Shown here: in pieces, positions 61,778-64,000 of the stretch
How the letters are laid out: every line of letters starts with the position of its first letter
Numbering within the stretch: position 1 is the first letter of the stretch
From: a virus
Length of the DNA: 64,000 nucleotides
Direction: 5' to 3' (one strand)
IMG/VR virus record: IMGVR_UViG_3300038829_000263
Coordinates: 6,111-70,110 of that record
Translations under genes and position numbers: made by a program
The notes under the pieces: model-generated
What the model saw: the letters and a program-made list of their open reading frames with translations, nothing else
Databases searched by the model: none
What the model was told of the DNA's origin: nothing

Positions 61778-62316
61778 AGATCGAGCACCAGGACGGCATG
61801 GGGAAGCTGACGCCGACGACGGACGAGGAGCGCCGCGCCTTCGGGGCGTGGGTCGCGCAGCTCGAACGTGGCGCGCGGCTGCGCTACAAGGGCCAGGGCC
61901 CGCGCGACGGCGACGAGCAGTTCTGGACGATCGTCCTGGAGGCCGCCGGCGTCCGGCACAACGTGCGCGGCGACGACGAGGCCGACAAGTTCAAGGTCAA
62001 CGGGCTGCGGAACGTTTGCTTCTTCGGCCCGGTCGGCGGCCTGCTCCTCGTGGACTGGGCGTTCCAGGAGGCCGATGTGCGGCGCCCCCTCGCCTACGTG
62101 CTCGTCTCCGGCGGCTACTGCAAGCTCTGCGGCGCGTCGTTCATCGACGAGTCCTCGGCGGAGTGGAAGGTCTGCCGCGCCTGCTCGGAGAAGTGCGCGC
62201 ACGAGCTCACGCCCGAGGAGGGCCTGACCCACAACTTCTCCACGGGAAGGCTCAGCGCAGGGCGCTACTGCACGAAGTGCGGCCGGGTCCCCGCGGCCGC
62301 GAAGGCCGAGGCGTAG
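61774..62316 (+). CDS. hypothetical protein with C-terminal CxxC motifs
   Basis: Coupled ORF. Confidence 0.55.
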   Translation: MKIEHQDGMGKLTPTTDEERRAFGAWVAQLERGARLRYKGQGPRDGDEQFWTIVLEAAGVRHNVRGDDEADKFKVNGLRNVCFFGPVGGLLLVDWAFQEADVRRPLAYVLVSGGYCKLCGASFIDESSAEWKVCRACSEKCAHELTPEEGLTHNFSTGRLSAGRYCTKCGRVPAAAKAEA

Positions 62317-62318
62317 CC

Positions 62319-62678
62319 GTGTTCCACAAGGGCCGCATCCACTCGATCAAGAACGCCGACATCGGGACGCCGGCCGAGCTGGCCGAGAAGCTCACCCAGC
62401 ACTACTGGACCCTGTGCCAGGGCTTCCGCATCGGGCCGCCTGGGCGCGGCCTCCTCTTCCTCAACGACGCGACGTGCGAGGACGGCGCGGCCGAGTTCTG
62501 CGTGGTCCGCGAGAGCGACGGCGCCCAGGTCGAGAGCCTGACCGTCTCGTGGATGAAGCAGGAGGCCCTGGCCGAGGACATCCGGCGCTACCTGGCCGAC
62601 CCGGAGGCCATGACGAACTACGGTCCTGGGGGCGCGCGCCTGGTCCATCCGGACGGCCCCTGCCACTTCTGCGCCTGA
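62319..62678 (+). CDS. conserved hypothetical protein
   Basis: LAEKLTQHYWTLCQGF...LFLNDAT.EDGA.EF...QVESLTVSW. Confidence 0.6.
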   Translation: MFHKGRIHSIKNADIGTPAELAEKLTQHYWTLCQGFRIGPPGRGLLFLNDATCEDGAAEFCVVRESDGAQVESLTVSWMKQEALAEDIRRYLADPEAMTNYGPGGARLVHPDGPCHFCA

Positions 62679-62707
62679 CATCACGTTTCAGGAGTTATGA
62701 CAGCGCG

Positions 62708-62793
62708 TTTTCCTGGCGCCAGGAAAGTGCGCGCCCGCCGTTTTCCTTGCCCCAGGAAAGTGCACGCCCCGCGTTTTCCTGGCGCCGGGAAAG
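62708..62793. repeat. three 20-bp palindromic repeats at exact 33-bp period
   Basis: TTTTCCTGGCGCCAGGAAAG 62708, TTTTCCTTGCCCCAGGAAAG 62741, TTTTCCTGGCGCCGGGAAAG 62774. Confidence 0.9.
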
Positions 62794-62954
62794 CGGGGGC
62801 CGCCGAAGGGCCGCGAACCGCGAAAAAATTGCATGGATATAGCATTACTAGCTAAACACTTATCTAGTGAACCCGCGCTCGATGACAAGGAGATGATGGC
62901 GCGCCCCAAAGTGCAGGGCCCCGCAGATGCCCTCCGCAGGGAAAGTGTACCGCG

Positions 62955-63401
62955 ATGCAGATGCCTCCCGAGGGGAAAGTGCATCGGCTAGCATCTCCCC
63001 CGGTGCCCTCCAACCTGGAACGTCACATCGCCACGACCGTCCGGGCCCTTCGGGTCGTGGCCGAGTTCTGCCAGCGCTACCCGGGCGCGCGAGGGGTGAC
63101 CCCCGCCGAGTTCGCGGCGCGCCTCTGGCGCGACTGCCGGCCGACGCGGACGGAACGCGCCAGGGGCATCACGCGCACCGACCAGTCCCATTCCCGTGCC
63201 CGGGCTCCGGGGCGAGCCCGCGTCGCCGGGCGCGTCCTGATCGGCCTCCTGCGCGAGGGCCTGGTGTGCGTCGACCCCGACCTGTTCGGCCGGGCGCACT
63301 ACCGGCTGTCCCTCGACGGCATGGACTACCTGGACGACCCGCCCTGGCCTCCCATCGTCAGGCGCCGCCGCCGGGCGCGCATGACCCGCTGTTACACTTG
63401 A
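62955..63401 (+). CDS. winged-HTH protein (start may be GTG 63003)
   Basis: GVTPAEFAARLWR...LIGLLREGLV...YRLSLDG. Confidence 0.55.
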   Translation: MQMPPEGKVHRLASPPVPSNLERHIATTVRALRVVAEFCQRYPGARGVTPAEFAARLWRDCRPTRTERARGITRTDQSHSRARAPGRARVAGRVLIGLLREGLVCVDPDLFGRAHYRLSLDGMDYLDDPPWPPIVRRRRRARMTRCYT

Positions 63402-63405
63402 GGGC

Positions 63406-64000
63406 ATGCCCAGCCCCTTCGAGCCGGCCGGCGATGCGCTGAACCCCGCCGAGGCCGCCGCCGTTCTGGAGAACATCGCGGCCGGGTCGCTCGAGCTCTT
63501 CCAGCGCCTCCCGGCGTCGGGCCGCGCCTGGATCCTCCACAACGTGATCGAGCCGGCCGTGCGCGCCGGGTCCGGCGACAAGGCCGCGATGGAGGCCCTC
63601 TACGCGCACGACTACGAGCGGATCCCGCCTGACCCCGTCACGTTCCTCGACTCGCCCGACTACGTCGGCGGGGCCGCGAAGGAGCTGTTCCCCGCCTGGC
63701 GGCCCGTCGTGCTCAAGGCGTGCGAGCCGCTCTCCGGCATCTACGAGATGAACCTCACCGGCGCGTCCTCGCTCGGCAAGACGACGGCGGCCGTGTTCGT
63801 CCTGGCCTACAAGATCGCGCGCCTCCTCTGCCTGCGGGACGCGGCCGTGTTCTACGGGCTGCAGGCCCGGACGAAGATCTACATCGGCCTGTACGCGATC
63901 ACGAAGAACCTCGTCAAGCAGGTCGGGTTCTACGACCTCCGCGACAAGATCATCGACTCGTCGCCCTTCTTCCGGGACGTCTACCCGCGCGTGCCGCACG
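63406..64000 (+). CDS. terL: terminase large subunit, 5' part (runs off window)
   Basis: Open frame to window end; PPDPVTFLDSPDYVG, Walker A LTGASSLGKT, PFF. Confidence 0.7.
   Translation, partial: MPSPFEPAGDALNPAEAAAVLENIAAGSLELFQRLPASGRAWILHNVIEPAVRAGSGDKAAMEALYAHDYERIPPDPVTFLDSPDYVGGAAKELFPAWRPVVLKACEPLSGIYEMNLTGASSLGKTTAAVFVLAYKIARLLCLRDAAVFYGLQARTKIYIGLYAITKNLVKQVGFYDLRDKIIDSSPFFRDVYPRVPH

Noticed and set aside
62708-62793. Possible mini-CRISPR array (palindromic repeats, Cas4-like gene in window)
   Set aside because: Spacers are only 13 bp and resemble each other, repeats are 20 bp, and no cas1/cas2 are present; an iteron or operator fits better
1-64000. tRNA, tmRNA, DGR or retron elements
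   Set aside because: No T-loop/CCA tRNA patterns, reverse transcriptase or adenine-specific TR/VR pair recognised by eye; a tRNAscan/Infernal run is needed to exclude them fully

Overview
64-kb segment of a very GC-rich (about 70% or more by eye) tailed-phage or prophage genome. Genes are densely packed with overlapping start/stop codons. Most are on + (1-34.1 kb, 47.3-64 kb), with a mainly minus-strand block at 34.1-47.2 kb. Recognisable content: Cas4-like exonuclease, DUF932, two adenine-methyltransferase-like proteins, HD hydrolase, thermonuclease, ParB-like protein, a complete 7-deazaguanine DNA-modification cluster (two DpdA/TGT-like paralogs, Gat-QueC, QueD, QueE, FolE), GIY-YIG and two HNH-type nucleases, two PAPS-reductase-like PP-loop proteins, DUF1643, SLOG, AAA_33 kinase, many small CxxC proteins, and the 5' part of a terminase large subunit at the right end. 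I found no tRNA, rRNA, CRISPR array, integrase or reverse transcriptase. The most unusual signals are not standard gene calls: (1) at least 12 otherwise different proteins share an N-terminal leader M-[STA]-D-x-x-L-R-x-L-E-R; (2) six DNA-metabolism-region proteins share a C-terminal small-residue/[DE]-F-stop tail; (3) a palindromic sigma70 promoter + covarying hairpin + SD cassette occurs 8 times; (4) a roughly 400-nt highly structured non-coding RNA candidate lies at 3.8-4.2 kb; (5) a 33-bp-period palindromic repeat with an AT-rich tract lies upstream of the terminase. All family assignments come from motif recognition by eye, not database searches.
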